This document shows positions 13,432 to 26,989 of a stretch of DNA of 64,000 nt, one piece after another. Origin of the DNA: Eledone cirrhosa. Its lineage: Eukaryota. The notes below the pieces were generated by a model. It was given only the letters and a program-made list of their open reading frames with translations. It was not told the origin of the DNA and made no database searches. How positions within the stretch are numbered: the stretch's first letter is position 1; every line of letters starts with the position of its first letter. The translations under genes and the position numbers were made by a program. Location: assembly GCA_964016885.1 (NCBI GenBank), contig OZ024744.1, positions 59,768,001 through 59,832,000 on the forward strand, read 5' to 3'.

Positions 13432-13724
13432 TTGCTTCTCACGTTTTCGCACATTTACAGTCATATTTTTATAACATATTTTCGCAAAATATTCGACATT
13501 TCTTAACACTTCAATCCATCTTGATTAAATTTCTGTCTTACTTTTTCTCGGTCTTTCCCCTCCCCCCTCACTCTCTCTTTCACTGTCTCCCCTTTCTCCC
13601 TTTCTGTACTTATTTTCCAGTATTTTTTCTTCCATCTTAATTCTGATCTTATCTTTTTATCTCTCTTCCCTTTCCCTTCTATTCTCTCTGTCCGCCATTC
13701 TCTTACCCTTCACCCTCTACATCT

Positions 13725-13963
<239 letters not shown>

Positions 13964-13990
13964 GTATGTATATGTGTGTGTGTGTGTGTG

Positions 13991-15842
13991 TCACCTGGAA
14001 GGGATGGACTGAGTGCTGAGACTTTCAAGCTGGTGATAACTTCTTAAACCGCCTCACTGATCTCTTTGTGATGTTTGGAATGAAGAAGATGTGCCACAGG
14101 ATTGGAAAGATGCATTGATGGTGGTACTTTACAAAGGAAAGGGAGCTAAAGATGACTGTGGCAACTACAGAGGTATTTCACTGCTATCTGTGGCTGGGAA
14201 GATCTTGTGCAGGATATTGTTGGACAGATTGATACAGCACATTGCTTTTGAGGTACTTCCTGAGTCGCGATGTGGCTTTAGGAATGGCAGAGGCACTGTT
14301 GACATGATCTTCTCGGCCACACAACTTCATGAGCAGCGCATGGACTTATATCAAGTTTTTGTCGATCTGACCAAGGCATTTGACACCGTTAATCGGAAGG
14401 CTTTGTGGGTTATTTTGGAGAGATTGGGCTGTCCTGAAAAGTTTGTGAACATTCTGAAACTCTTCCATGAGGACATGCAGGCATGGGTGAATGGAGGTAA
14501 ACTGTCTGAGCTAATCTCGGTTGAAAATGGTGTGAAGCAGGGTGATATACCTGCACCAACTTTGTTTGCCTTGTATTTCGCAATGGTGTTCTTCATGGCC
14601 TTCAAGGATTGTCAACACGGTGTCTATCTCAGATATCGCACTTCTGGCAAGCTGTTTAACCTTAGGTATTAAGTACCTTGATCAGAGAATTTTTATATGC
14701 AGATGATTGTGATCTCTTTGCACACTCCCAGAGTGACATGCAACACCTTATGGATTCTTTTTCCAATGCGTGCAGTGCTTTGGGACTGACAATCAGTCTA
14801 AAGAAGACTGTCGCCATGTGCCAACCTGCTCCGGATAAAGTTTTCAATGAACCCTCCACGGTCAAAAGCTGAAGGCTGCTGACACATTTGTGTATTTGGA
14901 GAGTACTCTGAGTGTGACATGCTTTTTGGATGCAGAAGTTGGTCTACGTGTTAGTAAGGCAAGTGAGTCATTTGGAAGGCTCAATGACCGTCTTTGGTGC
15001 AGGCGAGGAATCACAATGAGGACCAAGGTGAGAGTGTATGCTGCATGTCTACTGTCAGCTTTGCTGTATGCATGTGAGACATGGGTTGCCTACAAACGGC
15101 ATATCCACAGACTGGAACGGTTTCACCAGCAGTGTCTCAGAAAGATGCTCGGTATCAAGTGGCAGATGCATGTGAGTGATGTTGAGGTCCTTGAGAGAAG
15201 TGAGTGTCGGAACATTGAGAGTATCATCCACCAACGTCGTTTGCGATGGACCGGACACCTCTGTAGAATGGAGGATGATCGAATCCCAAAACAACTCTTG
15301 TATGGCGAGCTTTGTGAGGGTAAGAGACCACCTCACGAGCCAAGGCTCCGATTCAAGGATTGTGTAAAGACTCGTTGAAAAAAACTGGTTTGATGATGGC
15401 TGACTGGGAGATAGAAGCTCTTGAAAAAGAAACTTGGCGTGGAATGGTGAATGATGGGGTCCTTAATTTTGAGGACAGACGCATAGAGCACGAGAAGATC
15501 AAACGGGATGTGCGTAAGCAATGCCCTGGTGTATCTCTAAACAATCGGTGTCTCCATTGAATTGAAGTGCTCTGAGTGTGGAAAAATTTGCTTGAGAAAA
15601 TCTGGTCTCAGGAGCCAGAGTCGCAGCCATGTTCAAAGAGAACCAGTGAACTATGATCTCCACGGTGTAGTGAGGGTTCACGGGCAACCTGATGCAGGAC
15701 CTCAAGCCAGGGAGATCCATAGTTGTCGTCAGTATGTGAAGGAGTGCAAGTCTCTAGCAGGCTTGAAAAGCCATATCCGAGCGACCCACATCTGAATCTG
15801 ACAAGCGATTGCAATACTCTTGGCAGAGTTTGCAGCCATCAT
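13991..15842 (+). mobile_element. RTE-clade LINE, 5'-truncated at the start of RT, with C-terminal C2H2 fingers
   Basis: Motifs SPGRDG, NYRGISLL, VDLTKAFD, GVKQGD, LYADDC, LLYACETW, CSECGK and KSLAGLKSH. The 3' end ...GCAGCCATCAT is followed by ATGTATGT. Several stops and frameshifts. Confidence 0.9.
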
Positions 15843-15849
15843 ATGTATG

Positions 15850-15974
<125 letters not shown>

Positions 15975-16025
15975 AAAAGGTGAACGGAAAACAATAGCCA
16001 AAGGATACAGTACAATGAAGATATA

Positions 16026-16600
16026 CAATAATCCCCCGTTTGTAGCGGGGCATACGTTCCAGAATCAACCACGATAAGTGAACATCCGCGATATAGAGAA
16101 ACCATAACGACAACCGTTGTTTTCATAGTTTAAGCCTTAAAATGCCTCTTCTACACGCTTTAAGTACATATAAACTCATTAAAACACACTTTTGTATTTA
16201 AATACCAAAAACAGTCAGTAACGATCGTATAGAAACTACCACCAACCATCATGCCACTAGTTACCAATGAGGACCATTGCCAGCCACGTTAGCCGCTGGG
16301 TTAATACACTGCATATCTCCCATCAATCTATGAAGGGTTTGTAGTAGATTAGAGAAAAACACAATCAGTAAAACAGTAATGGAATGAAAATTAGAAACAT
16401 CTATATAGTTAAAACCGTAAGATGACCCTTCCTTACACTATACACTTCAATCACATCGAAACTTAGTTAATAAGTTTAAATTTTAAACACTTATTATTCA
16501 GACGTACGTACCGCGATAGGATAATCGATACGTCTCAAAGAAAAATCCGCGATGTAGCGGGACCGCGAAAAGTGAACCGCGATATAGCGGGGGATTACTG
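16026..16600. mobile_element. Tigger/pogo-like MITE
   Basis: TIRs CAATAATCCCCCG and CGGGGGATTACTG with TA flanks, plus subterminal CCGCGA repeats. Confidence 0.75.
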
Positions 16601-16755
16601 TATATTAATTTGACACTTTATATAGTAAGGAAAGAGTCTTAACGTTTCGGACTTTAATTCCTTCATCGCAGGATAGAATAACTAAAAGAAGAAATAGAAA
16701 GATAGGGGAGAATAAGATGAAGAAAAAAAAGAAGAAAATGGGGGTGGAGGTGGGG

Positions 16756-18430
16756 ATAAATATATTACGATGTTTCATATTTATAATATAATAAATATAT
16801 TAGGATGTTTCATATTTATAATATAATAAATATATTAGGATGTTTCATATTTATAATATAATAAATATATTAGGATGTTTCATATTTATAATATAATAAA
16901 TATATTAGGATGTTTCATATTTATAATATAATAAATATATTAGGATGTTTCATATTTATAATATAATAAATATATTAGGATGTTTCATATTTATAATATA
17001 ATAAATATATTACGATGTTTCATATTTATAATATAATAAATATATTACGATGTTTCATATTTATAATATAATAAATATATTAGGATGTTTCATATTTATA
17101 ATATAATAAATATATTAGGATGTTTCATATTTATAATATAATAAATATATTACGATGTTTCATATTTATAATATAATAAATATATTACGATGTTTCATAT
17201 TTATAATATAATAAATATATTAGGATGTTTCATATTTATAATATAATAAATATATTACGATGTTTCATATTTATAATATAATAAATATATTAGGATGTTT
17301 CATATTTATAATATAATAAATATATTAGGATGTTTCATATTTATAATATAATAAATATATTAGGATGTTTCATATTTATAATATAATAAATATATTACGA
17401 TGTTTCATATTTATAATATAATAAATATATTACGATGTTTCATATTTATAATATAATAAATATATTAGGATGTTTCATATTTATAATATAATAAATATAT
17501 TAGGATGTTTCATATTTATAATATAATAAATATATTAGGATGTTTCATATTTATAATATAATAAATATATTACGATGTTTCATATTTATAATATAATAAA
17601 TATATTAGGATGTTTCATATTTATAATATAATAAATATATTAGGATGTTTCATATTTATAATATAATAAATATATTACGATGTTTCATATTTATAATATA
17701 ATAAATATATTACGATGTTTCATATTTATAATATAATAAATATATTACGATGTTTCATATTTATAATATAATAAATATATTACGATGTTTCATATTTATA
17801 ATATAATAAATATATTACGATGTTTCATATTTATAATATAATAAATATATTACGATGTTTCATATTTATAATATAATAAATATATTAGGATGTTTCATAT
17901 TTATAATATAATAAATATATTACGATGTTTCATATTTATAATATAATAAATATATTACGATGTTTCATATTTATAATATAATAAATATATTACGATGTTT
18001 CATATTTATAATATAATAAATATATTAGGATGTTTCATATTTATAATATAATAAATATATTACGATGTTTCATATTTATAATATAATAAATATATTACGA
18101 TGTTTCATATTTATAATATAATAAATATATTACGATGTTTCATATTTATAATATAATAAATATATTAGGATGTTTCATATTTATAATATAATAAATATAT
18201 TACGATGTTTCATATTTATAATATAATAAATATATTACGATGTTTCATATTTATAATATAATAAATATATTACGATGTTTCATATTTATAATATAATAAA
18301 TATATTACGATGTTTCATATTTATAATATAATAAATATATTACGATGTTTCATATTTATAATATAATAAATATATTACGATGTTTCATATTTATAATATA
18401 ATAAATATATTAGGATGTTTCATATTTATA
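16756..18430. repeat. 35-bp minisatellite, ~48 copies
   Basis: Unit TATATTA[C/G]GATGTTTCATATTTATAATATAATAAA. Only one position varies. Confidence 0.95.
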
Positions 18431-19559
18431 AACATCTGTCAATTACAAGTAACACTTGAAATATTGATCCAGATGCAGTATCCGTGGACTACGCATTAGT
18501 TAGGCACACATGTTTTCTATGTATGTACTTGGTAGGGATTTCTTTTTCCTGGATTGCATTGAGGTATCCTTCAAGGTGGGATGTTAGGGACTTGTCAGGA
18601 CTCCTGGCGAAACTTTTAGTATGGTTTATCCCCTCAATGTAGCTGTTTAGATAATACGCACGCCTTCAGTTTCGTCTCAAGTACCCCTGTACAACCTTCT
18701 CAGACATGACATCCTTAATTTAATTTTGGTTACATATACGGCTCTTTAATTGTTGAGCTTACTCAGTTGAAAGGACTTGGCTGCTATTTCTAGCTGTCGA
18801 TAATCCTATTCACGCCACTGGGATGACGTTGGTACGATGTGAGTATTTTTAAAGAAAATGCAACACGTGCTTCAAGTCATTCACAGATTTGCATTTGGTG
18901 TGTAAACTCAGACAGTTAAATCTTCTCCTTTGCTGAAGATACGGATTTGACTATTGTGATTTACCGATTTAATGAAATATATACAAAGGATTTATTGAAA
19001 TATATATGTGAAGTTCTTGTTAAATTTTAATTAGTTACCTATGTAACTATATGTGTTTACACTCTTTACAAATTATCCCCTGTGATTGTTTGATGTGTTT
19101 ATTTTATATATATATATGTCAATCGATTTTTAATTGAATGCTTATATATATAAAAGATCGGAGGCCATATTCAGTTGATTCAGGTTTATTTAAAACTCCG
19201 TTATACATATTTCACTGAAGACTATCAATTATGATAGCCTGAGCTCTTAAGACGGCAAATCTAAAATAAACACAGAATGTTCCTAAGAAACCTTTAAATT
19301 TGGAAAAAATCTAAGAATTTCACCGAAAAAAGGTTTTCTTTTCAAGATACTGGGGCCCCGCCGGCTCTTGTATGACACCAAGAGTTTTGGTGGAAGTGCT
19401 GGTCTGTTTAGGAAGTAACAAAAACGGTTGGTAGTCCTTCTACCTCCCCTCCCTATCATTATCTGTTGTAGTAGTAGTCTCAACAGCTGCTATAACAGTA
19501 GTGGCAACCAACGCCCTCCCATCTCCATATTTTCCACAGGTCTGCAATAACTGAATATT

Positions 19560-19695
19560 ATAGAGTTACGCCCCTTTCTGATCTGAGTTCAAATCCTGCC
19601 GTGGTTAACTTTGCCTTTCATCCTTACGGGGGTTGATAAAATAACCAGTAATGCACTGGGATAATTGCTGGCTTTGTTCCAAAAGTAGAAACAAT
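19560..19695 (+). mobile_element. Partial tRNA-derived SINE
   Basis: Contains GAGTTCAAATCC and the CTTTGCCTTTCATCC core. Confidence 0.75.
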
Positions 19696-20680
19696 TATAA
19701 CTGATATCAAAATTAACTATATACGAAATAGATTAAAATACAATAAATAAACTAAGTAATTAATTAATCAAGAACAAAAGGAAAGCTTATATTAAAGGTG
19801 ATAGATATGTGGGAAAGAGAAGAGTATAATTATAATGAAAACATTTTAGAATTAAAAGGTAAGGAGCAGCTGCCTGTATGCCTAAGCCACAGACCAGAGT
19901 GTATAGCGTAGATGTTGTATAGTTATAGTTTAACTGGTTCTAAATTGTTGGCAACATGATAGCCGTACTCCTCGCTAGCTCCACGTTTGATCAAGCTCAC
20001 AGGTTACATCCAAATGTCCAATTCTCCGCCGGAGTTTCAATCATTAGATATATTTACATATATATATCAAATTAAAAAACGGAGTTAAAAACTCACATTA
20101 ATCCCCTATATTTTAATGAGCTCAAGGGATAGACCTGGGCTCCTTGTAAGAGAGAAAAGTACACAAAGAGATGTGTGTTCAATTATAGGGGACATATAAC
20201 ACCAGAGTGAAATCATATAATCTACGAACAGAATGGAAAATACACAAGAATTGAAAGGATAAATTAAAGGGCACAGACCATTGTTTATAACTATATCTCC
20301 TGAACACGCTGAAAGCATGTTGCGTACTTTCATCGTGTCCAGAAGATAGAGTTATACACAATGGTCTGTACACTTTTATTTATAAATATATTAATAATAA
20401 TAATAATTATAATAATAATAATAATAATAAAGATTTCTTTATTAACCACAAGGGTTTACATAAAGTAGACATTAAGGACAGTGCAGGACAATACAGGACG
20501 GTACAAATGGGCATTTCTGCGTGTAAAAACCAAAAACAGAGGATGTAACAAAAAATAACAATGAAAAATTCCCCAATAGGGGGGAGACTTCGGAGGGACA
20601 TTTGTGGAGAAAGCCCAATAAAAGGCCACAGTGACCCGACCACCAAGGCAAGTGCCCTCTCCCAGTTTTCCACCTTTAAT

Positions 20681-23600
20681 TTACAGATACGTACTCAGAG
20701 TAGGCCCATTCACTCGGGCCATTCTTGCTTCTCTCACCCATCTTTCAACAAAATGCTGGGAAGAGAGCACCTCCCTCTCTACCCTGATTTTCCTTTTCAA
20801 ATGAAATTTGAAAAAGTCAATCAGGGCATCACCGAAGAGGTAAGTGCTTGTCTTCAGCCCTTTCAAACGTGTCCACCATACTATCTCTTTCGCCATGGCC
20901 ACCAGACATAAAAACTTCCTGCCCTTCCCGGCTAAAGGAAGAGGGCGGGGCAATCCTCACGATGGACTCAGATGATAGCCGGATCCGTCCTACACGCGAC
21001 AGCAGGTGTTCGACATAAACCCACAAGTCAGCAATTTTCGGACACTGGACGAGTGCGTGCAGGACGGTTTCGTCGCCCTGCGCGCATCTCGGACATGCCC
21101 GGTGACGGTACCTCCATGCCTGTAGAGTTTATCCCGAACTGGCAAGGCTCCTCGGTAGCACTGCCAGGCCAGAGATTTCTGGAAGTTGTCCATAGGCCCT
21201 GGCCCGAAAGTTCTTCCGAAGAGATTGGCTAGTTGATTTTCGTCGACGCCTAGAGTTTCCCCAAGTACGTCATCGCTCTTCCCCTCCACTAATCCTCTAT
21301 AGAACGCCGAGGTGGAGTTTCCACCGATCACATTGCCCGATTGGTCGAGGACTGTGAGCGCCTGAAGACATTCCAGTCGCCAGGCGCCCCCTCTCAGTCT
21401 TCGCTTGACCCAGGACTGCAGCTCCGTCAAGGAAACGAGCTGGGGAAATACGTGTCTAGCAAACGGTGACCACACCTGATCACCGTCGAGGAAAAGGTGG
21501 AGATGTCCTAGCCCGAGCGCGTGTCTGCGCATCATCAGCCACGGCATTCCCAGCCCTCCACGTAGCGGGTGTTGACAGCAGATGGACCGCCTGACCATCG
21601 GAGCGCGGCCTGACCATCGGAGCGCGTCCCTTCCACAAAAAGCGAAAGAGCAAACGCTCCAGCGCATCAGGCGGGGCTTAGGACAAGGTACGATGGTCAG
21701 GCGGTAGCAGATGACAGACGCGATGTACGCGTTAGCCACCTCCGTTCGACCTTTCAGGGATAGCTTTCTCTCCGCCCATTTCTGAGTGAGAGAAGCCACC
21801 CTGCTCGTCACCTCGTCCCAGTTTTTGTCCGTCTGGAGGTCCGGACCGAACCAGACCCCTAGCAATTTAACCGGTCCGTCCATCCAGCGTCCGACGACGC
21901 TGTTGGACGGCATGGACCTGCCTCTCCAGGAGCCGAGCTGCAGGCCCACTGACTTTTCCTGGTTGATCATTGTTCCTGTCACCGCTTCGTATTCTCTTAG
22001 TGTAGTGCCGATCGCCTCGATGTGTTTGGTGTTCGACACCACTACGGTGACATTGTCCGCATATGGTGACACGGATCTTCCGCATCCTAGTTCGCGCGGG
22101 ACGCCCCACAACGTCTCCAGTTTGTGCAGTAATGGCTCGAGAGTCAATACGTACAAGAGGCACGAGAGAGGACATCCTTGGCGGACCGAGCGCATGATGT
22201 TGAACGGTTCCGAAAGGTGACTGTTCACTCTCACCACAGAGCAGATGTCGCTGTGCATGTCAGCGATCCAGCCTCTGAAGACGGGCCCAAAGCCAGCCGC
22301 CCTCAGGACTGCTGCTAGGTAACGATGGTCGACCCTATCGAAAGCTTTCGACTGATCTAAATTGATCAAGGACCCACCCGTACCAGGTTCCCTAGCTACC
22401 CTCTCTACGATGTATCGCATGAAGTGGAGGTTGTCGTGGATGGATCTGTCAGGAATGGCGCATGTCTGCGCCTCTCCTACCAGACCACCAACGACAAGCG
22501 CCAACCTCTTTGCTAGCACCTTGGTCAAAATCTTGAACTCTGTGTTTAGCAGAGTTATGGGCCTGAAATTATCTATGTTATCCCCCTTGTTCGGATCCTT
22601 TCTCAGCAGTGCCACCGCTCCTCGGCTCACAGAGCTGGGAATTCTCCCGTTCTGTTGCCAGTTGTAGTAGACGTCCGCCAAGAGACCTCCGAACAAGTCT
22701 GGCATTTGTACGTAAAGTTCATAGGGCAGACCATCCAAACCAGGCGATTTACCCCTTGTGCAGCCAGTCATTGCCTCCCGTACTTCAGCGGCTGTTATCG
22801 GCTTTTCGCAACACTCCGCCTCAGTGGCCGAGAGCCGCGGCAGTCCGTCGAGGTAGACACTAAAGTCCATCCCTCGACGCGGCCCACCGCTGCCCGCGAA
22901 CAGCTGAGCGAAGTGTCGCTGAAAAGCTTCACACATTTGCCCGGGATCGAGTACCATACGCCCGTCGTGGTCCACCAAAGACCGGATCGGGGCTTTGTTG
23001 CCACGACGCGCCTCCGCCACTCGGGCCCATTGAACGGCTTTCGTCCCCTCGTGTATGAGAGCACGCACCCTAGCTCTGACAATGCAGCCTTCGTGCTTTG
23101 CATTGAAGAATTGGTCAAGGGCCAATTTCGCCGCAAGCACGTCAGTCGCGATGCCTTTGCTAAGCGCCTCGTCTAATTTTCTAACTAGTTCTCCCTCATC
23201 TATTTTTCTCTATTGCTAAAGCCTTACTAAACCTAATCTATTCTATTCTAATCGCTCTTTTCAGAGCAAACCACCACTTGTTGTTGACGATGGCCCCCGT
23301 CAACGCCCGCTTAACTAGTTCGCTAATCCGGTCTCTGTAGGCCTTGCGCGCTGGTAAGGACGCGTTTAGCTTCCAATAGCCGGATGCTCGTCTATGAAGC
23401 CTATCTGAGTCAAGCACACAGATCACGAATTTGTGGTCCGTGTAGCTGACTATCTTGAATTGTGGACAGCCTATGCTAGACCTATCTATTTCCCTACAAA
23501 ATACTCTATCTAGATATGATCTGGATGACCCTATGCGATTTGTCCAAGTCCACATTGGCACATTCGGGAAATCCAATCGGTACCTGTCAGACAGTTCAAA

Positions 23601-24185
23601 ACGCCTGAGCAGGTTGGTGAGGCTCTTGCACCCTCCACCCCTATCCGCTAATCCCACACAGTCACAGCGTGCATCTAAGATCCTGTTCCAGTCGCCCACT
23701 AACACTAAAGAGCCGGACGTTCCAAGAAAGGTCTCCAGACGCCGGAAGAAATCAGGCCGCCCTGCTCCTGTCGGGGCATAGACGGCCATTAGCCTGAAAG
23801 ATTTCCCGTCTCCGCTGGTCACGTCCAGCACCACCAACTTACCCTCTGGGTCCAGGAAGATGGTCCGTATGGCGAGATCCAAACCTCTTCGAAAAAGCAC
23901 AGCAACTCCTCCCCCCGATCCAGGACGGCTGGGAGATGCGTACACATCGTAGCCGCCAAAGATCGGTGCGAAGGCCCGTGCTTCGGAGATTCTGGTCTCG
24001 CTGATGGCCACTACAACTATGTTTAATGACCTGAGTCGTTGAGCAGGTGACCCTGCTTCCATGACGACCCTGAGCCACGCGCATTTATGCTGCCTATTCT
24101 GAGTGAGGTCATGTTTAAAATAGAGTGGAAAAGATAGGAAAGACCACTTACCGTACTTTTCGTAGTGGAAGGATGGTTTCTCCAT
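20681..24185 (-). pseudogene. Tx1 ORF2 (AP endonuclease plus reverse transcriptase), frameshifted
   Basis: EN motifs ISET, VYAP, VGDWN, SYLDRVF, YTDH and GYWKLN. RT motifs KSPGLDG, FRPITLLN, KAFDRV, SVRQGCPLS and YADN (YADD mutated). Split over several frames. Confidence 0.9.
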
Positions 24186-26319
24186 CCCTTTTCACTTGAT
24201 CGTCTGGTGAAGGGACCGTTGAATTGTCCCTTCGGCTGGTCGTCGGCTCTTCTATGAGTATGTCCGAATATACTCTCCGGTTGAGAGTCCCTCCTAGGTC
24301 TCTGAAATCACCAACTGCGTTGGGGAATTTCGTTTTAATGTTTGTGTATTGTTTCTGTACTATTTTTAGCAGTCTTATGTTCGTTGGCGTTTTGATTGGT
24401 GCTGGTATTATGTAGTCGTGCTGTGAAATGTCTGTGTGTTCAATTATGTAAGTCATTAGTTTCTTGTTGTGTGTATTTATTGCCGTGCATTTGTTTTTCT
24501 GGGGGTGGTGTGTGGTTCTGCTATTTTCTTGTCGTTGTTGCTGGGTGTGTGTGTTTTGTTGTTGTGTTTGCGATGTTGGTGCTTGTGGTGGTGGTGTTGA
24601 AGGTGTTGTTGGTGTTGGTGATGGGGTTGTTGCCGGTGGTGATGGTGGTGCTAGTGTGGGTGGTGATGGTGTTGGTGGTGTTGCTGCTGTGAGTCTCTTT
24701 GCAGTAGCCTTTACCCTTTTTTCATTTCTTTCCTCCCTTTTCGAAGGCGACGATGAGCTGCTTCTGCGTTTATGCCTTCTTACGACCTTTTGCCATCCCT
24801 CTCCCACCTCACACTCCATGTCTGATTCTGTGAGGTCGGGGAGGGGTACCAGCTCCACTCTTTTACTTGTTGTTGTTGGTGATGTTTGCACTGGAGTCTT
24901 TGTTGCAGCTGCATTTGGTATTACTGTTGTTGTTAATACTTCCACTGCTGCTGTTCGTGATTTCCGTGGCGTGGGTATGGGTGCCACGGACCTATCGTTC
25001 CTGGTTGCCGCTTGTCCTGTTGCTGGTAGCCGTGGAGCCGGTTTCGGAAGGAGGGGGGTTTTCTCCTTTCTCAGGGTCTTCTCGTTGCAGAAGGCCCTGA
25101 GGTGAGTCTTCGATCCACAGCAAAAGCATTTCGGGCGTTTGCCCTCAACACTTATGGGCAGTTGAGTGCCGTTATCGAAGTCTATCACATCCGGTATAGC
25201 TTCGATGCACTCCTGGTTGGTTTGGATTAACATCTCAATGGAGGTGCCGACCCAATCTTCTCTTACTTTTTTCTGTACTTGCAGTACAGTTGTTTTGTCC
25301 TCGATTCCGACGAGGACAGTCGCGGCCAGCCAAGAAGGGGCCATCTCGGGGGGACGGGGGGGGGGGGGGGGGGGGGGGGGGCGTGGGTCAGTTTGATCCT
25401 CACAATTTTTTCCCCGCAGTAGGAGGGCACCAACACAATTTCCTCGCTCCTTAGGGTCACTAAGGATTGAGCCTTTGCCTCCTGGGGTGTAGCAAAAAGC
25501 ACGTCTACGGTGGCATATTTCTTGCCTCGGGTGATATGCGTTTTCCGCTGCCACACAGACCCTAAGGCTTTTTTGTATTTGAGCCTCTGTGGCTCTTTCA
25601 ACCCTACGGGATTTTTTGCTTACTGTACGGTACGTGACCGTACAGTGCTGTTGGGTTTCGAAAAATTTTTCAGCTGCCTTGCAGATTGCACGGTGTACGG
25701 TTTTCGTCACCATCTTCTTCGCTTCCTCTAATTCCTCATTTGTTATGAGGATGGTTTCCAGGTTCTTTGCGATACCTGCAAACGAGATTGGTTTTTCTTT
25801 GCTGCTGTTGTTGTTATTGTTGTTGTTGTCGTCAGAGCTGCTGTTACTTTTGTTGTTGCTGCAGGTACTACGACTACTGCCGCCGCCGCTGTTGCTGTGG
25901 TTGTTGTTGTTGTTGCTGCTGCTGCTGTTGTTGTTGTTGCTGTTGCTGCTAATGCTGTTGTTGTTTATGCTGCTGCTGATGCTGTTGCGGCTGCTACTGT
26001 TGTTTTCCTTGTCACTGTTGCTGCTGCTGCTGTTATTACGGCTGCTATTGCTATTATTCATGACGTCAGATGAATGAAATGGGTTTTCGTATTTCCCGCA
26101 CACCTTTTTCGTCGTTGTCGTCGTCGTCGTGGAGAAATGTTGCACGCTTTCTACGTGATTTTTCTTTACTGGCGTCGCTTGCGAAAGAGAAGGGAGGGAG
26201 AGAGACACATTTAGAGAAGGGAGGGAGAGAGACAATCTTCTCTCTGCTGTTGTGACGATTGAGGAAGAAGAAGACGGAATGAGTGGGAGTGACCTATGAA
26301 AATTCTTTTTCGTAGCCAT
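24148..26319 (-). pseudogene. Tx1 ORF1 (nucleic-acid binding, zinc knuckle), with compensating frameshifts
   Basis: MATKKNF start and CFCCGSKTHLRAFC knuckle. The true frame for ~25380-25570 is in ORF 25263-25601 (RGKKYATVDVLF), by comparison with the 5596 copy. Confidence 0.8.
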
Positions 26320-26534
26320 GTTTTTTTTTTGTTTAAAATAAATATTGGGCACAAAACCCCAATAGGCGGTTATTTAACCCCGAAGAGCCAAATAACGGGC
26401 AGAAAGACCCCTCTCACGAGGAGGAGGGTGTTTTTGTCTACAATTTGGTTAAAGTTTTAAACAATTTACAATTGTTATAGCGGTCAAAATTTACAATACT
26501 TTACAGAGCCGAGCCTCCGTCAACCATATCATTC

Positions 26535-26572
<38 letters not shown>

Positions 26573-26573
<1 letters not shown>

Positions 26574-26880
26574 TGAGAACTAAAACAATACCAGTGGTTG
26601 TAGGTGCTCTGGGAATGATACCTAAGGGGTCTAATGATTACATATCGCAAATCCCAGGAAACCCGCGTATAGGAGAAATACAAAAGATAGTACTAATGGG
26701 AACTGCCCATATACTAAGGAAGATTCTGTCAATATAAGTACATCACAAGTCTAAACACTAAAGATGCATGTGTGTGTATGTATGTTCTTTCTTGAACATG
26801 GCGGACCTTGTTGTCTCTTGATGTCACTGGTTGTGACTTGGTGATAACTCGTATGAACATAAAGCAAGATAAATGCAACT
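26573..26880 (+). mobile_element. R4/Dong-type 3'-end fragment (another TAA subfamily)
   Basis: Translates IPVVVGALGMIPKG...IQKIVLMGTAHILRKILSI*. (AAT)n lies on both sides. Confidence 0.8.
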
Positions 26881-26895
26881 ATGATAATAATAATG

Positions 26896-26987
<92 letters not shown>

Positions 26988-26989
<2 letters not shown>

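Larger units (their letters stand above)
20431..26533 (-). mobile_element. Near full-length Tx1/L1-clade LINE (~6.1 kb) inserted in a (TTA)n array
   Basis: Has a 5'UTR, ORF1 with a CCHC knuckle, ORF2 with APE-RT-zinc finger, and a 3' end CCTTGTGGTTAATAAAGAAATC. (TTA)n lies at both ends. Confidence 0.93.

Noticed and set aside
16640-16680. CGAUGAAGGA..UCCGAAACGUUA hammerhead-like remnant (minus strand)
   Set aside because: The core is altered and stem I does not pair; too decayed to call.
16756-18430. CRISPR-like array (35-bp, partly palindromic repeats)
   Set aside because: Units are directly adjacent with no unique spacers, no cas genes are present, and the context is eukaryotic.
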